Virus record (IMG/VR): IMGVR_UViG_3300025844_000015 | Span: 1 to 64,000 of that record | Origin: an uncultured virus (IMG/VR IMGVR_UViG_3300025844_000015) | Taxonomy: Duplodnaviria; Heunggongvirae; Uroviricota; Caudoviricetes | DNA length: 64,000 nt | Strand: one strand, 5' to 3' | Shown: positions 41,001 through 50,111 of the stretch, piece after piece | Layout: each line of letters begins with the position of its first letter | How positions within the stretch are numbered: the stretch's first letter is position 1 | The notes under the pieces: model-generated | The model's input: only the letters and a program-made list of their open reading frames with translations | Told to the model about the DNA's origin: nothing | Database searches by the model: none | Made by a program: the position numbers and the translations under genes

Positions 41001-41721
41001 TGTTTTCCAAAGAAACAATTTCTCTATCCAAACGAACATACTCATTAAACGAAGTCAGGTTTAGAGTCCAACCATCAAGACTCAGATAACTACCGTCTGT
41101 TTCTTTAACCACAGCTACATATATGTTCTGTTCTACATCGTGGACGATAAAAATTCCAGCACTCTCAGAGTCGAGGTTAGTTGTTGGGTTAGATGTAATA
41201 ATGTCAGAGAAAACACCTTTCTTCAACTCGTCGTATTTTGCTTCTGAACGGGTTCTCTGGACTTCTACTGTGATATAGTTTGGAGTAGTGTTTCTGTCAG
41301 TCCAGTAGTAGTCTTGATAATTTATTATCTTATCAATGTTTACAGGAGGTAGAAAATTAAATTGTAACGCTTTACCCCATTCACCAAAACTCTCAAGGTC
41401 CACCCCATCACGTTCTAGGTTTTTAAGGAATTTCTCAAATGTCAAGAACTTGGTTTCCGCACCCAGAGTTGCACTGATAACCTCTTGGAGTTGGTTCTTC
41501 TGCAAATACTCTCTACCTTCTGATATTCTAGACAAAACCGAATTGTCTATTTCTTTTCCAACATATCCCGTTACTTCTTCAAAATTCTTTTTTGTGAGGA
41601 AGCGGTTTAAGATGTTGTTGGAAATTCCGTTCCAAAGTCGGCTACGAGAATATTCTGGAAGTAAAGAAGAGGTATCAACTACCTCTCCTTTTTTGTAGTC
41701 GGTGATGTGCTTTCGAGACAT
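32050..41721 (-). CDS. Giant (3223 aa) virion structural protein with C-terminal (PT/VTPS)n linker and beta-rich domain
   Basis: Uninterrupted 9.7 kb ORF downstream of baseplate genes; TAAATA at 41748-41753; PPVNIDKIINYQDYYW and DEFWAYK.CEFG motifs. Confidence 0.85.
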   Translation of the reverse strand: MSRKHITDYKKGEVVDTSSLLPEYSRSRLWNGISNNILNRFLTKKNFEEVTGYVGKEIDNSVLSRISEGREYLQKNQLQEVISATLGAETKFLTFEKFLKNLERDGVDLESFGEWGKALQFNFLPPVNIDKIINYQDYYWTDRNTTPNYITVEVQRTRSEAKYDELKKGVFSDIITSNPTTNLDSESAGIFIVHDVEQNIYVAVVKETDGSYLSLDGWTLNLTSFNEYVRLDREIVSLENTELRVSGSFLTGAREGFILSLYTDLDGIQEFVEVQSYEFDEDNNESVFTLKTVPQTSPTRVSVHAYAYAARSESIYFQDVAEPQQVDEINIYDLGEPVWYDRREVFSSNGGFVLSLGENEVIQYFGGPASELVVGAEYGIKINSGPNTGDHDLSSWVEGAVFGDPDRFLVDGVEFFKDENISYQIYVKDSLSANVYAQENDFFFDTTTDILYQWIDGQWKTKVRSFSILYESENSKLRADSNDWADENKWVHKNQITNLSESRQATQPIIEYKNYIELSYFSKFEFEWAYRKTVEDQYKKVEDQPNLLEIRPIKIEESDSENVPVFQLASNELLLPARFGNMESVLTKGDNINLVGFNTNDGQYTIDSVEFVQFTPGERYQSVIRVVENFFSVGDDISDGGGTIYPERTSLGDTFDPLVTHWAFVGIKNITASGAEPEKNPMLDGPAIQIKTETNSVFQEYQTKIGLYWQEFNPTSTINGARLELDESLTDLCLIEDYQEGDLRLYIDGKRIYGRHTDIPANNTNYVGAIVLDSDLVITPDTLVRIELGEYWTHDIGRKDVVVVDPTGNSPDIYNLSRYKRIEQTKTKTNQYPLFKIYDILGNPLEESNSIFWFKENGEFELNRTLDLRAEYKRNERDLVFEHGLVDSEGKLRCYLDLRDNKIKTIWKKGEFNEQSVPEKIESDWDIPNSWKYNIQHELRKEVSLTDLFRHFKTITLAQEPTKYNSTNPEEVFHALNNPNFGLGGTIKEHNGNLDLLVSAMLGEQIDIPKTLDFVGDAYERLTYRWTLRYLENLSTFLEMSEVDLIENFENYTENNTRWDRLFGDSFSYADGYGIKNVISTSAILRMTGLSKPSIFKRGEDWIVKRHDGTYFTLDITNAQKSKFYGILTKNTQKVSEDSEAFPDIADYAEGDYLVRGVSSEKSISLYQLESGSWTEIDVIGQIANLLYELETLLYSAGQHREPLDEFYNLELTKTNSRFRDLEETEFLCLVGEDALHNTAFQSGDAFTWNYANTDIATHPLSGVFSARGKASWQGLYEEIYGTAYPHREPWILQGYEEEPTWWKTTYKNNDLGIDRFWKETMWDNIFTGVVPAGQELPNGTISTGNSGETQIYDYSPVNVTGSTVAGIASDELAPPYWDGSLSADPRFKPLFDKSLGNYVSSPNADFLFGQDGPVEWKWKNSSSYLYFLLKASFLCDPIEFFSRNYGDDLVQVDCLLANKETQNINPHFKTLFHGDYREDGTVYYSAGIQQWIVNYNRYLELDGGSSDYRDLWIGWNVNAAYIFNTLINDTTLGVSGDQIDIVARDYATFIDRQLNSTENTFSAINWAVQKRAPITERTHYETSNWVFKPYIKSPKKKKTIEYYPPQNYQVRLVGTNTFTTGGYQIKATEIDSPRGFWRAIYSSPLALTDVTGLTAGPYQFTIDIDGTTSTVVTIDGSLSPNTPTVGDVIASINDQISGAFIDLENGYLIIRSEATGLGSSISISLDSLFPVISSGLVSEDGITDFEFKKIFYVYGNVLGEFSAGDQITVSSSTNYGGTYTVDDVIYDFRRNETLVKVLEDVVITDDIVDGIVSPENTITIPWETGQEVFLNTDGVLPGELLNYIPYYIVKINGTTFQISESEDLAKLGTVINFATAGSGNFWVGKVTNTFKPLNRIDYAFRRHEPDTRLVKTLFEAQNVTRIQSLIDILFGYEALLEDRGIKSVPFDKTNKAEDSGRDNEWILEIEKYIVWLDTLIQRAEELPPRISATVNVDSSSFISPSGQFLATGQAVRLKAGEGGTVPEELNSPFNAFVPYYAIVTRSGAIQLAYSKNDATAGRFIEFSTGSGEVYLEIFKSDKVLPKMMTNPYYNHFVVSHDRGLPSSFERARNGLFERQNVLDVNGEYIDLENLLFFRNDRETSVLLTQNSENKIAGADYSIFEVSHICRFNQYTSGNKLIYDPFLGIKTPRVFLSFLRPTEPTGRLHVGGLVLSDNSLIDNIEKSIQDIRDYYDVYNNIRGDDTTEAVRRSVGYQGPKQYMENLGINEKSQFVFWKSFVQNKGTNFSLEAFTNQRALTGVTVDEFWAYKLCEFGDSKKKAYPEIKLNTDDVIRKELRLEFVPPTGGTIGKDYIPIRLTDFNRWENLPDVVDLMKPFKGYFLDVEETEIFTNAENLIQTSTITSITNNPVLRLNVPVYGAKIEYEISDEKFIASEGVDYRFINGLVIEFIATNIEVWQNITVTGLRYSYDSTNIFKLIDNKREERVVADIPIWNPAFGQENPVGNYPIDFKLEKDPASYTLDFDVNSSSGAFIKRESFWEEKQIGKVWLDITKKGYVPYYDKFIFPNQEERSLKWGNLADYGEIEMYRWTESDFSPEDYINEVEKQSLENIPLGEKLTGNPKSVVYKKVVNPGAGQARWEEEKTIVRSFPKAGIESSDLEDFTPEQFLDLYVNGKFTLRFNYVSYDVFLATLALAETFGLDIPDNSIITLVKEAVVPSEEEIDNGDYIRVHPHSKIDYIDRVSGDIKSKYYFWVRGDKSQKLLNNTTLTLFDAERELSDMTKPYAVIEGFREEGDGYGVLFGATYDPDDNNLPLRFSQLIIKGLANSVKNNSDYVLRLRKDFTLRDDLGLDLEKKNKHVDWKLIRKNQTSKIDFILWRKVVESTTGFEVVDELFNIDERVPVPSEERVRYDVLVRGASTRIGLGREQTLVDRDILRKLITQVLFEPNRKWSVGDIEAFYESYDLTVPEGYVQLLRAIYALFTVKEVNDIFFEILENSMIAKKKHPDFFKTSWVAVDVGNAGTILEGETLEIVKVVGSELECAVDVPPPPTPTPTPTVSVTPSVTPSVTPSVTPILSPTPTPSAASVPIWVDITPDTYWTGDPTTGDGQTPTVYTNPCWTKSFEGFNSMNIVINPAYENINIQGVRFTLTSSGTGGVSGDTQVTFDAISGGAGYQAMELVDGVPQIFEYTGLSGIIGTGANIDILGFAFSGEITLCSIEILTSDIIP
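32511..32558 (-). repeat. 12-nt coding tandem repeat (TTGGTGTAACAC x4 on +) encoding (VTPS)n
   Basis: Units start at 32511, 32523, 32535 and 32547. Confidence 0.95.
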
Positions 41722-41780
41722 TTAGTAGTACAAATCTTGTTTGGAAATATTTATAAGTCTCGCATTAAATGTGTTTGTGC

Positions 41781-44701
41781 TTACAATCTTTGCACTAGTG
41801 TTTTTGAATCTAGATTTTGAACAATTTCGATATCATCAACACTTATGCTCGCTTGCAATATCTCGTCCTCTTTTGGAACAATTTCGTGAAGATCCCCGAA
41901 GAATGTACCCGCAGCCTTTGGTACCAACACGACAGATTCGATATTATACCCCAGACTATTGTGTATCGCGGCAGACAATTCCGTAAAATAAAAAGGCTGA
42001 CCGAAAGACCAGAAATTAATATCAAAAAATTTGTTTACTATCCCAACGATCTGGGTCTTGATCTTGTTGTCACTAACCACCGTGTTTTCCGACTTTACGA
42101 CTTTTAGAGTTCCTTGAAGTTCTCTCTGTGCTTTAGAACCAATAATTGGTTTGATTATTCCGGGTTGCAATAGCATCGTGTCTGATATCATTTTATTTTC
42201 CACCAAATAAGAATAGGAGGATTTCAACTCGAATGGTGTTGGTCTAGTAGGTTCTTTGTCCAAATTACCATTCAACCACGATCTAACTTTGGAATAGTAT
42301 CCTCTTGTTATAATGAAGGTGTCAATTATGTTAGACGCCGCAGGATCGATTAGATGGTATCGGGGGGTTCTGTGAATCCACAAGAAGTTTAACCCCTCGA
42401 CGCCTTTTTCCCTTTTCCACAAGCCCGTTGAAGACGCGGAATCTTCCGACCAAGACTGTAGGGTTTCTTCCGAAAACGGAACGTATACCCACGGGGCATT
42501 TCCATCTTCTCTTTGGAAATACACATAGTCGTTGTTCCCTATCAAATATGATAGATCTACTCCATCAGGTAACCCGTTATTGTCCTCATCCACCGGGAGG
42601 ATAGAAAGTGTATTAAAATCACAAATACCGCGCAACAGGCCCCTATTTACATTAACACCGTTGCTAATAACAAACGGTCTGTTGGTTCCAATACTACAAC
42701 CGTCTACCCCGACGTTCGCTTTCAGTACGACAATGTTGTCTTTTTTCGAATTCATTGTATCATACGTCAAAACCCGTTCATCATAGTTACTAAGATTGAA
42801 TTTGGTTTCTGGGCTGTGGGCATATAACTCCCTAGTCTTAAAGTTTATGATCCAACTGTTATTTGTTTGTGAAGTTATGGCAATATCCCAATCTGTCTGT
42901 ATGTTTGTTTCTAATTCGATTTGCCAAAAGTTATCTGCCTGATCTTCTTGTATCCGGTACGTTAAGTAAAGTGTGTTTGGGGCAGATGTTATCAAAGAAT
43001 TGATATTTGTCAACAACCCACTGAGTTCTGCTGATGTAAACTCGTATCTGGCAAACACGGGTTGCATTCCTTTCAAAATCAGAGAATTATAAAGGTCTTG
43101 TCTACGCAAAATTGGTTCAATGTAATTTTCAACCAAAGCCGTAATCAGGGGGACATTGATTCCTCCATCCTGTGGTGGTAGTTGTTCTGGAAGAATGTTA
43201 AAGTTCTTAATCTCAGAGTTAAAATACAAGACCATATCATCACCGAAAAGCTTAACGTTCTCATAATATTCTTTCGGATCATGCCAACCTATGAATTTAG
43301 AATCTCCCGCAAAAGTTCTGTTGATAGAACGAAGTTTTAAGATAGTATTGTCTTGTAATAAAAACTCGTTGTAATCTCTTCCGTTTACCATTCTATCTTG
43401 TGTATAGTACACTGATGGAGCTACTTCTCTAATCCTTGCCGCAGTCTCGGATGGTGCTGCATTTTGTATCGGTGCAGTCAGGGTGAAGGTAAACGTAAAA
43501 GTTCTAATTGCACCGGTGTTGTCTCTGTAGCGGATGTTGGCCGATTTATTTTGAATTGCGCTTCTTGGTATAACTAATCCTTCTTCTGGACTGGTGGAAG
43601 TTCTATACCAAACATCAAATTTTCCTGAAGGTATGTTAGAAAAATTCCCGTCACCGAAAATCAATCTAACACCGTCATCTGCCAATGTCTCTACTTCGTA
43701 TTTGTTTCTGTTGGGGGAAGTGTTATATAAAATGTTCTGTGCGTTTGTTACATCAACTTCCTGCCATTCGCCCGTCCTAGGTTCGTTGTACCGCTCCCCA
43801 CCGCTCAATATCTCGTCGGTTTCATCATCTATGTTGTTTAGCCATAAATCGGTATTGTTAATCCCCGTCCTAGAAAGATTCTTGGTCTGATTGGGCAACA
43901 CTCCGTCCAAGAAAAACGTTTCTCGTTGAAGCTCACCCTGCTTTGTAAAAAAGAAAAATCCGGTATTGTCAGAAGAATCACCCAAACCGTCAGACAGATA
44001 CAGTATATTCATCTGTTGTTTTCGTTCCGGTCTTTTTTCAATTGAACCAAATTCATTCAATTCGGCACTGACCAACTCCATCGGATAAGTTTCTCCGTTA
44101 ACAGAAACGCTGTAGCGTATTGCTTCGCCTTGTATTGCCTCGTTGTTTGTACCATATAATTCGAACAGTACGTTTTGAACCTGAATGCGGTCTGAAGGTA
44201 AAACTGTTCCGAAATTTTGTGATAAAATTTTCTGCATCACTAAAATAAATTGTTCTTTCCAGTTATCATTGTTGGGGTCATTCCAAATGATTCTAGTGTT
44301 TCCAATATTGTTTCCTTTACTGTCTACTAACGATTCTGTAGTAGACACAGAGGTTAGCTTAACAAGACCCCTCGCGGGTATGTTTCTTGATGCACTGTAA
44401 GAAAGAAACTTGGCTAGTCTAAGAACAGACTCTTTACGCTCGGCGGTGGCTAAAAGTTTTCGTGTGTGTTTAAATCAATCCTATATGCCAAAAGTTCCCC
44501 AAGATAAGCGAACAATTCTATAATCGCCACAAGGTCAGATGATTCAATGTAATCGTTAAAATCTTCTGGATAGTACAGTTTCATATAATCCAACATGGAC
44601 TGTTTAATACTATCGTAATCCCAAGCTTTAAAATTCACTTGCTGGAAAGAATCGTATGCCCTTTCCCAATTTTCGGCAATGTTCTGTAATCTATTATCCA
44701 T
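41781..44701 (-). CDS. Baseplate wedge protein (gp6-like), interrupted by a -1 frame break at about 44452
   Basis: 44701-44450 encodes DFNDYIESS...DLNTHENF. The -1 frame continues LATAERKESVLRLAKFLSY into 44348-41781 (FGDGNF, YYTQDRMVNGRDYN). Confidence 0.85.
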
Positions 44702-45065
44702 CGAATTCTAACCTTATCTCCATAGTGTCATTAAAATTTATTTCAAGGTATCGTAAGTGTGCTATAACAACAACTGCTTTTTCTTCGTATACGGGGTTGA
44801 CGGATAAATCAAGAACCGCGACCCTAGGATCGTTATCAAAGACGTTTGTAAACTCAAGTTCCAAAAGTGCCAACGTGTTTTGGTCCAGCGGCTGAAACAA
44901 CAATTCCTGAATAGAAGTTCCGTAATTTGGCATCATAAGCCGCTGGCCCTTAGAGGTGAATATATTGTTCAACAAGTCCTGTTTTACAAGTTGTACGTCT
45001 TTTAACAAGATCTTTTTGTCATCCTCGTAGCTTTTAAGGCTAGGACCCCTATAAAACGTTGTCAT
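44694..45065 (-). CDS. Baseplate wedge subunit gp25-like
   Basis: LVKQDLLN.IFT.KGQRLMMPNYGT.I..LLF.P...DPRV; TAAATA at 45093-45098. Confidence 0.9.
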   Translation of the reverse strand: MTTFYRGPSLKSYEDDKKILLKDVQLVKQDLLNNIFTSKGQRLMMPNYGTSIQELLFQPLDQNTLALLELEFTNVFDNDPRVAVLDLSVNPVYEEKAVVVIAHLRYLEINFNDTMEIRLEFDG

Positions 45066-45105
45066 GTAGTTCCGCTGTTTTCTACTCGAAACTATTTATA
45101 AAAAA

Positions 45106-45441
45106 TTACCTTCTCCACAATGGGCCACGTTCATTTTTAAAATCACCTTCTATGACACCGATGGGTTTTCGACCCTCCGGGTTGGTTACATTGTCATATT
45201 GGTCAATCCAGTCTGTGTTGTTCTTATAACCGTCGTTGGTTTCATTTACGGAATCACCCCCGTCTTGTTTCATAACGCGTGGCCATGGTTCATGATCCGG
45301 CACCCTGTTTGTCCACGGGGCAATCTCGGTTAAAGACAGGCAAGATTTTTGTGCGAACGGGGGTTGAGTGTCCGCAAATGCAGGTGCATAGTTTTCGAAG
45401 TCCTGTACTACTTCGGCGTTCTTGGTCCATGTGTTGCTCAT
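45106..45441 (-). CDS. Small baseplate-associated protein (RVPDHEPW motif), translationally coupled to the spike gene
   Basis: TGATG stop/start overlap at 45443-45439; TNRVPDHEPWPRV. Confidence 0.7.
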   Translation of the reverse strand: MSNTWTKNAEVVQDFENYAPAFADTQPPFAQKSCLSLTEIAPWTNRVPDHEPWPRVMKQDGGDSVNETNDGYKNNTDWIDQYDNVTNPEGRKPIGVIEGDFKNERGPLWRR

Positions 45442-47945
45442 CACGGGCCACCAAATTCTGAAATAGCATTGCTATAAGCATTAAAGAAAATCACTTGTTC
45501 CTCCAAAGAGGTATAGTCCAGCCCATTTACGGTTGCAGGTGTCTCTTGTATTTTTGTATTTATTACAATTAGGGACCGTAGGTGGTCATTTGTTTCATTC
45601 TGTAGAATTGTAAGTCGTGGAACTACAGTAGATCCTACGTTCTCGTTAAACACATTTACGGCACTGTTAAAAGATGCGAGAGAGTCATTTAGTCCCCCAA
45701 TTCCAGTTGTGTATGACGCAATATGTGTGCTATTATCTGTGATGTTTATATTCACCAAATTTTCTAACGAGTCTTTGATTTGGTTGATGTTATTCTTAAT
45801 GTTGTCTATCGCGTTGTTGATGTTCATGTCAACCTGATTACTCGCTATATCCAAAACGTCGATAGAATTTTCAAAATTTAGTTTCTGGCGATCAAACCAA
45901 GATTTAAAGTTATCTTGTGTCCATCCCCCCAAATCTATATTTAAAAATAGTCCATCTGGTACCGGATTGAAATTTTCTATATTCGAGAAATTCCCTACGT
46001 CTATACAGAAGTTAAAGTTGAACTCCGGTAAGTCTAGAGATGGTATTCGTAAAGTAGGAACACTTGGAAATGTGGGTAACGCCGGTATGGTGATATCTAG
46101 AATATCCAATGGGTTGGAGACTCCGACAATTTCAGCCAATTTTTCCCCCACCGTGAATGCTAAATCGTTTACGGTTCCCTGTATGGAATTAAAATTGTCG
46201 TTTATTGTTTGTACTGATGTTGCTATAGCTGAATTGTCTATGGCCATCTGGATGTTGTCCAACGCGTCAAAGTTTATTTCCGTCGGTTTAAAAGAAACGT
46301 TCACGCCACCCGTAAGAGATATGCACCCACCACCGAGAAGATTGCCGTCGATGGTGGGTCTTTTTTCGCCATCTATCCCAAACCCGTCGTTGGTTTGCTG
46401 TGCGATTTCTTTTGCACTTTGGCTGACTATTTGGCCCACGGAGAAAAAATTCATGAAAGGGTTTCTCATTGTTATTTGGTTGGCCCCGTTGTTGGACATT
46501 AACTTCATGTTTTCTTCTAACGCTTCCAATGTCAAGTCTCCTTCGTATGTCTTTATCGACATATCCAACAAAGAACCTATGTCCATCTTTCCAGTAAAAG
46601 AAAATATCTTAGTGTCACTCACCGATTGCATAATGTTATCATTTCCGGAAAATATTGAGGTGTTTCCAGAAGCGTGGTGGTTGTAGTCTCCGTCTACCGA
46701 CACACTGTAATTGCCTCCATTTAATATTGTATTGGCATCCCCGTCTACTTGGATAAACATGCCACCGCCCACTGTTTGACAAATATCTTTGGCGATTTCT
46801 TCGAGTTTGTTTTCGTATACTAGAGTTCGTAAGTTTTTTTCCACTAATATGTGTGTGTCGGCGGTTGAATGTAATCTGATCTCACCGTCTTCCGGTTTGT
46901 CCGAATCTAGTGAAGACTGCCCCTCTGTGTTACCGGCGTACATGTATATTCCTTTGTTGGCCTTTACTCTAAAAGTACCATCCGTAGAGAAATTAATATC
47001 TTCTTTCGCTCGCATACTTATTCTGCGTTCCGAGTATCCATCGATGTTCCCGTTAGAATCCATCTCTATCCAGCTTTTTCCTTCGTTGGTTGCAACATAT
47101 ATTCTTTCGTTGGTGTCATCTAAAATTATCTGATGTCCGGTAGAAGAACGCAGCCGTATCCTATTATTGTAAGGACGGTCGTCCATGGTGAAAGCATGGA
47201 ATCCCGGTGTAGAAAAACCGAAAACCCTAGAGGCCAAGAATGAACCTAGAGCTTTATTGCCAGACCAGTCATAGCCATGTGCTCCTACGATAGGCTTAAC
47301 CCATTCGTCGCCCTCGGACTCCCTAATTTCCGGATACTGCTGATCAATCATATCCTCCTCTTCGTGGCCAACATTTCCGGTCGCTTGATATTCGGATTGA
47401 CGGGTTTTCCATTCTGCGGAATCTTTTTCACCCCTAAATGCCTTTTCTGCGTTAGTGTATTGGGGTTCTATAGAATTCTTGGTAGAAGTAAGGGGGCCGT
47501 CTACCGTGCCCCCTTCTTTCCAATCATAGCGTCCATGAAACAACGAGTGCATTTCTCTGTGGGGCTGCATACACCCCATCCAAACTCTTCTTCTTTCGTC
47601 ACCGTCTATACAGGTCACCAGAACAAGAGATCCTTGTTCCGGAATTGCCCAGAAACCATATGCTATAGCACCTTGACTCTTTTCTGGACCCTTCCCGGTC
47701 CCCCTAGTAAACTCGCCGTTCGAAATTACCCCCCCATACGGAGATACATATGAAGCCCACGGGAGGTGGTGTATTTTTTTTGGATCGTCGTTCAGATTAG
47801 CACAAAAAACCCTCAAACGACCATTTTGTAATGGATCATCGGTATCTACCACAACACCAACAGTAATACCACTTGAGTTGTACTTGGTGTCGCCCACTTC
47901 CAATTCGGAATTCAAAATTTTTAGTAATTGTTGTTCGTCAAGCAT
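45441..47945 (-). CDS. Baseplate central spike/hub protein (gp5/VgrG-like)
   Basis: OB-fold GVVVDTDDPLQNGRLRV...YGFWAIP..GSLVLV; RLRSSTGHQIILDD...SWIEMD; beta-helix-like repeats. Confidence 0.85.
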   Translation of the reverse strand: MLDEQQLLKILNSELEVGDTKYNSSGITVGVVVDTDDPLQNGRLRVFCANLNDDPKKIHHLPWASYVSPYGGVISNGEFTRGTGKGPEKSQGAIAYGFWAIPEQGSLVLVTCIDGDERRRVWMGCMQPHREMHSLFHGRYDWKEGGTVDGPLTSTKNSIEPQYTNAEKAFRGEKDSAEWKTRQSEYQATGNVGHEEEDMIDQQYPEIRESEGDEWVKPIVGAHGYDWSGNKALGSFLASRVFGFSTPGFHAFTMDDRPYNNRIRLRSSTGHQIILDDTNERIYVATNEGKSWIEMDSNGNIDGYSERRISMRAKEDINFSTDGTFRVKANKGIYMYAGNTEGQSSLDSDKPEDGEIRLHSTADTHILVEKNLRTLVYENKLEEIAKDICQTVGGGMFIQVDGDANTILNGGNYSVSVDGDYNHHASGNTSIFSGNDNIMQSVSDTKIFSFTGKMDIGSLLDMSIKTYEGDLTLEALEENMKLMSNNGANQITMRNPFMNFFSVGQIVSQSAKEIAQQTNDGFGIDGEKRPTIDGNLLGGGCISLTGGVNVSFKPTEINFDALDNIQMAIDNSAIATSVQTINDNFNSIQGTVNDLAFTVGEKLAEIVGVSNPLDILDITIPALPTFPSVPTLRIPSLDLPEFNFNFCIDVGNFSNIENFNPVPDGLFLNIDLGGWTQDNFKSWFDRQKLNFENSIDVLDIASNQVDMNINNAIDNIKNNINQIKDSLENLVNINITDNSTHIASYTTGIGGLNDSLASFNSAVNVFNENVGSTVVPRLTILQNETNDHLRSLIVINTKIQETPATVNGLDYTSLEEQVIFFNAYSNAISEFGGP

Positions 47946-47947
47946 AA

Positions 47948-49732
47948 TTATATAATATCGTCCGATCTAGCAAGTGTTAACGTCTGGTGAAAATGACTAC
48001 CCTCAATTATCGTAGTTATTTTCTGGATATGCATCCATTCCTGATGATAAAATACCTCTGGCTCTGGCCCGCCGACATCCTCGTAATTCGTGTCGAGATA
48101 TATATTCAACTTGGCATACCAAGGGAGTATTTCGGGTAATTGGTAGTGTACTGCGTTTGGGTGAGAACTGGTTGTCGCCGCACTAGGTTTTCGAAGAGTG
48201 TCATTGTATAAATCAGGATTCCCGTGAATATTTATTATGAATGTTGATTCTTGTAACGACTGCATTCTGTATTGTTTTTTCATACATTCTGCCCATTCTT
48301 TGGGGTATTCTACACCCAAGGTTCGATCATTTCCAACCTTGGCTCTGAACCCACTGTATCCGGTCATGAAAAACTCCCGGTCTCTCTCGCGTTCGCCGGT
48401 AATGGGTTCCCTTTCACCCCCATATGCAGTTCTTCCTGAAACAGTATCTATTACGTCTTCTACAATGTCTATTTTATCCGTTCTACTAGCTACTCCGACC
48501 AGCGCCCTAACATCGTGGTTTTGATTTGAAGAATAAAAAAATGTTAAGGGTTCTTTGGCGCTCTCCCCCGGTCCAGTATTCTTTCCCGTCGAAAAATTTA
48601 CAGGTACTTCAAACCTTTTTATGACAATATCGTACAGTAGTTCTGAGCCCTGTTTTCTCCATACGAAACAAATTTTATGACTATACCCCTGTGCGGAATC
48701 TATTCCTGTTTTTCTTGACATTTTCATTATCCTATCAATCAGGTCCAGCAAGGTCTCACCGCTCGTTGAAGGTATCACTCTTATACCCTTTTCGTTCGCA
48801 TCAAGTTCCGGTTGTTCAAAAGGTAAATTTCTATTGTCTATCTCGTAATTGTTGTATTTTGGATCTAGATGTATGTTGAATTTAATCTTCAATTCTTTTT
48901 GTTGAACAGAAGGATTTCTTAGTTTAAAAGTGTAATTGTCTCTTATAACTGCTTGCCAATCCTGTAGTTGATTTTTGTGGATCTTCGTAGACTCGTTGAG
49001 GTCTACTTGTAATGCTTCGAATGCATCCTGTAGAGTTCGCATGGGCTTGCTTTTTTCTAGCCGATCTTTCCTAAATGGATTTTTTTCTGCGTCTTCTTCC
49101 CCACGAGGTTTTATAGAACCCCCACTGGGGTTGGGGGTTGGTGTCTCTTCATGGAGTTGTCCGTCTTTATGCGTCACCGTCATACTATATAATAAATTCA
49201 ATTTTGAAGATAATCCTATGGTATTATGGCAAGCCATGAAATACATTTCATAATAGTTATGGGTGTCCATAAATTTATATTTGAAGTCGTTAACCACAAA
49301 AATTAAAGGTTCGCTTCTTGTAGTCCTTTCATCTCCTTCTGGATAGTGGAAATGTACGTCTAGTCGAAATGATAAATTCTCTATAGATATACCCAAAACA
49401 TCAACTACTTCGTTCTTCAAAAAACCGAAAAAATCTCCTCCGGATACATCATGCAAAATGAATTTTCCTAGTGCGGAGGTGCTGCTTGTATCAGTGCTTG
49501 TCCAAGAATAATCATATTGGAGCCTTTTACCAACAAATCTTTTTGTTCCTGTTCCGAAAGAATCATTCAAAATCAATACTCCACCTCCCGGTAGAAGTTT
49601 GCCTTCCGGACCATCTGTTAGCTTGGGTGCGTTGCCATCGTTTTCTGCGCTGGCCGTATTAGACCACGCAGACAAAATGAATGTTGTAGAATAAGAAGAA
49701 TACTTCTCTAAGGGATTTCTAGGTTCACTCAT
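47948..49732 (-). CDS. Putative baseplate hub protein (gp27-like)
   Basis: Starts RNPLEKYSSYS; ends IHGNP...ITTIIEGSHFHQTLTL; located between gp53-like and gp5-like genes. Confidence 0.6.
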   Translation of the reverse strand: MSEPRNPLEKYSSYSTTFILSAWSNTASAENDGNAPKLTDGPEGKLLPGGGVLILNDSFGTGTKRFVGKRLQYDYSWTSTDTSSTSALGKFILHDVSGGDFFGFLKNEVVDVLGISIENLSFRLDVHFHYPEGDERTTRSEPLIFVVNDFKYKFMDTHNYYEMYFMACHNTIGLSSKLNLLYSMTVTHKDGQLHEETPTPNPSGGSIKPRGEEDAEKNPFRKDRLEKSKPMRTLQDAFEALQVDLNESTKIHKNQLQDWQAVIRDNYTFKLRNPSVQQKELKIKFNIHLDPKYNNYEIDNRNLPFEQPELDANEKGIRVIPSTSGETLLDLIDRIMKMSRKTGIDSAQGYSHKICFVWRKQGSELLYDIVIKRFEVPVNFSTGKNTGPGESAKEPLTFFYSSNQNHDVRALVGVASRTDKIDIVEDVIDTVSGRTAYGGEREPITGERERDREFFMTGYSGFRAKVGNDRTLGVEYPKEWAECMKKQYRMQSLQESTFIINIHGNPDLYNDTLRKPSAATTSSHPNAVHYQLPEILPWYAKLNIYLDTNYEDVGGPEPEVFYHQEWMHIQKITTIIEGSHFHQTLTLARSDDII

Positions 49733-50111
49733 TTATAACCCTTTCCCGCTCTGGATTCTTGATCGCAATTTGAGAGAAAACCCTACTGGATGATGGTAAA
49801 ACTATTGTTCTACCGGCCACAAATTCTTCTTCGATGTCCACAATGTTATTGTATAGAAGGACAAGCCAAGTGAGTTTTGTCGTTCCGTAAACCCCCGCTG
49901 CTACTAAATCGGGTCTACCTTCATGCTCCGGTCCCAGTCGGTATTTACGATCAGTAAAAATATCACGCTCTATTTCATTCCTCTCCCACCAGCCGAGTTT
50001 ATTACCCTTGATTTCTGTAGTTCCGCCCGTTAGCATTCTAGACAACCTCTTCGCTAAAGAAGTTTTATTATCAAAAAGTCTGAATCGATTGTTTATGTTT
50101 TTACCAGCCAT
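49725..50111 (-). CDS. Baseplate wedge protein gp53-like (LysM-like)
   Basis: GRPDLVA..VYG...LTWLVLLYNNIVD...AGRTIVLP. Confidence 0.8.
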   Translation of the reverse strand: MAGKNINNRFRLFDNKTSLAKRLSRMLTGGTTEIKGNKLGWWERNEIERDIFTDRKYRLGPEHEGRPDLVAAGVYGTTKLTWLVLLYNNIVDIEEEFVAGRTIVLPSSSRVFSQIAIKNPERERVINE

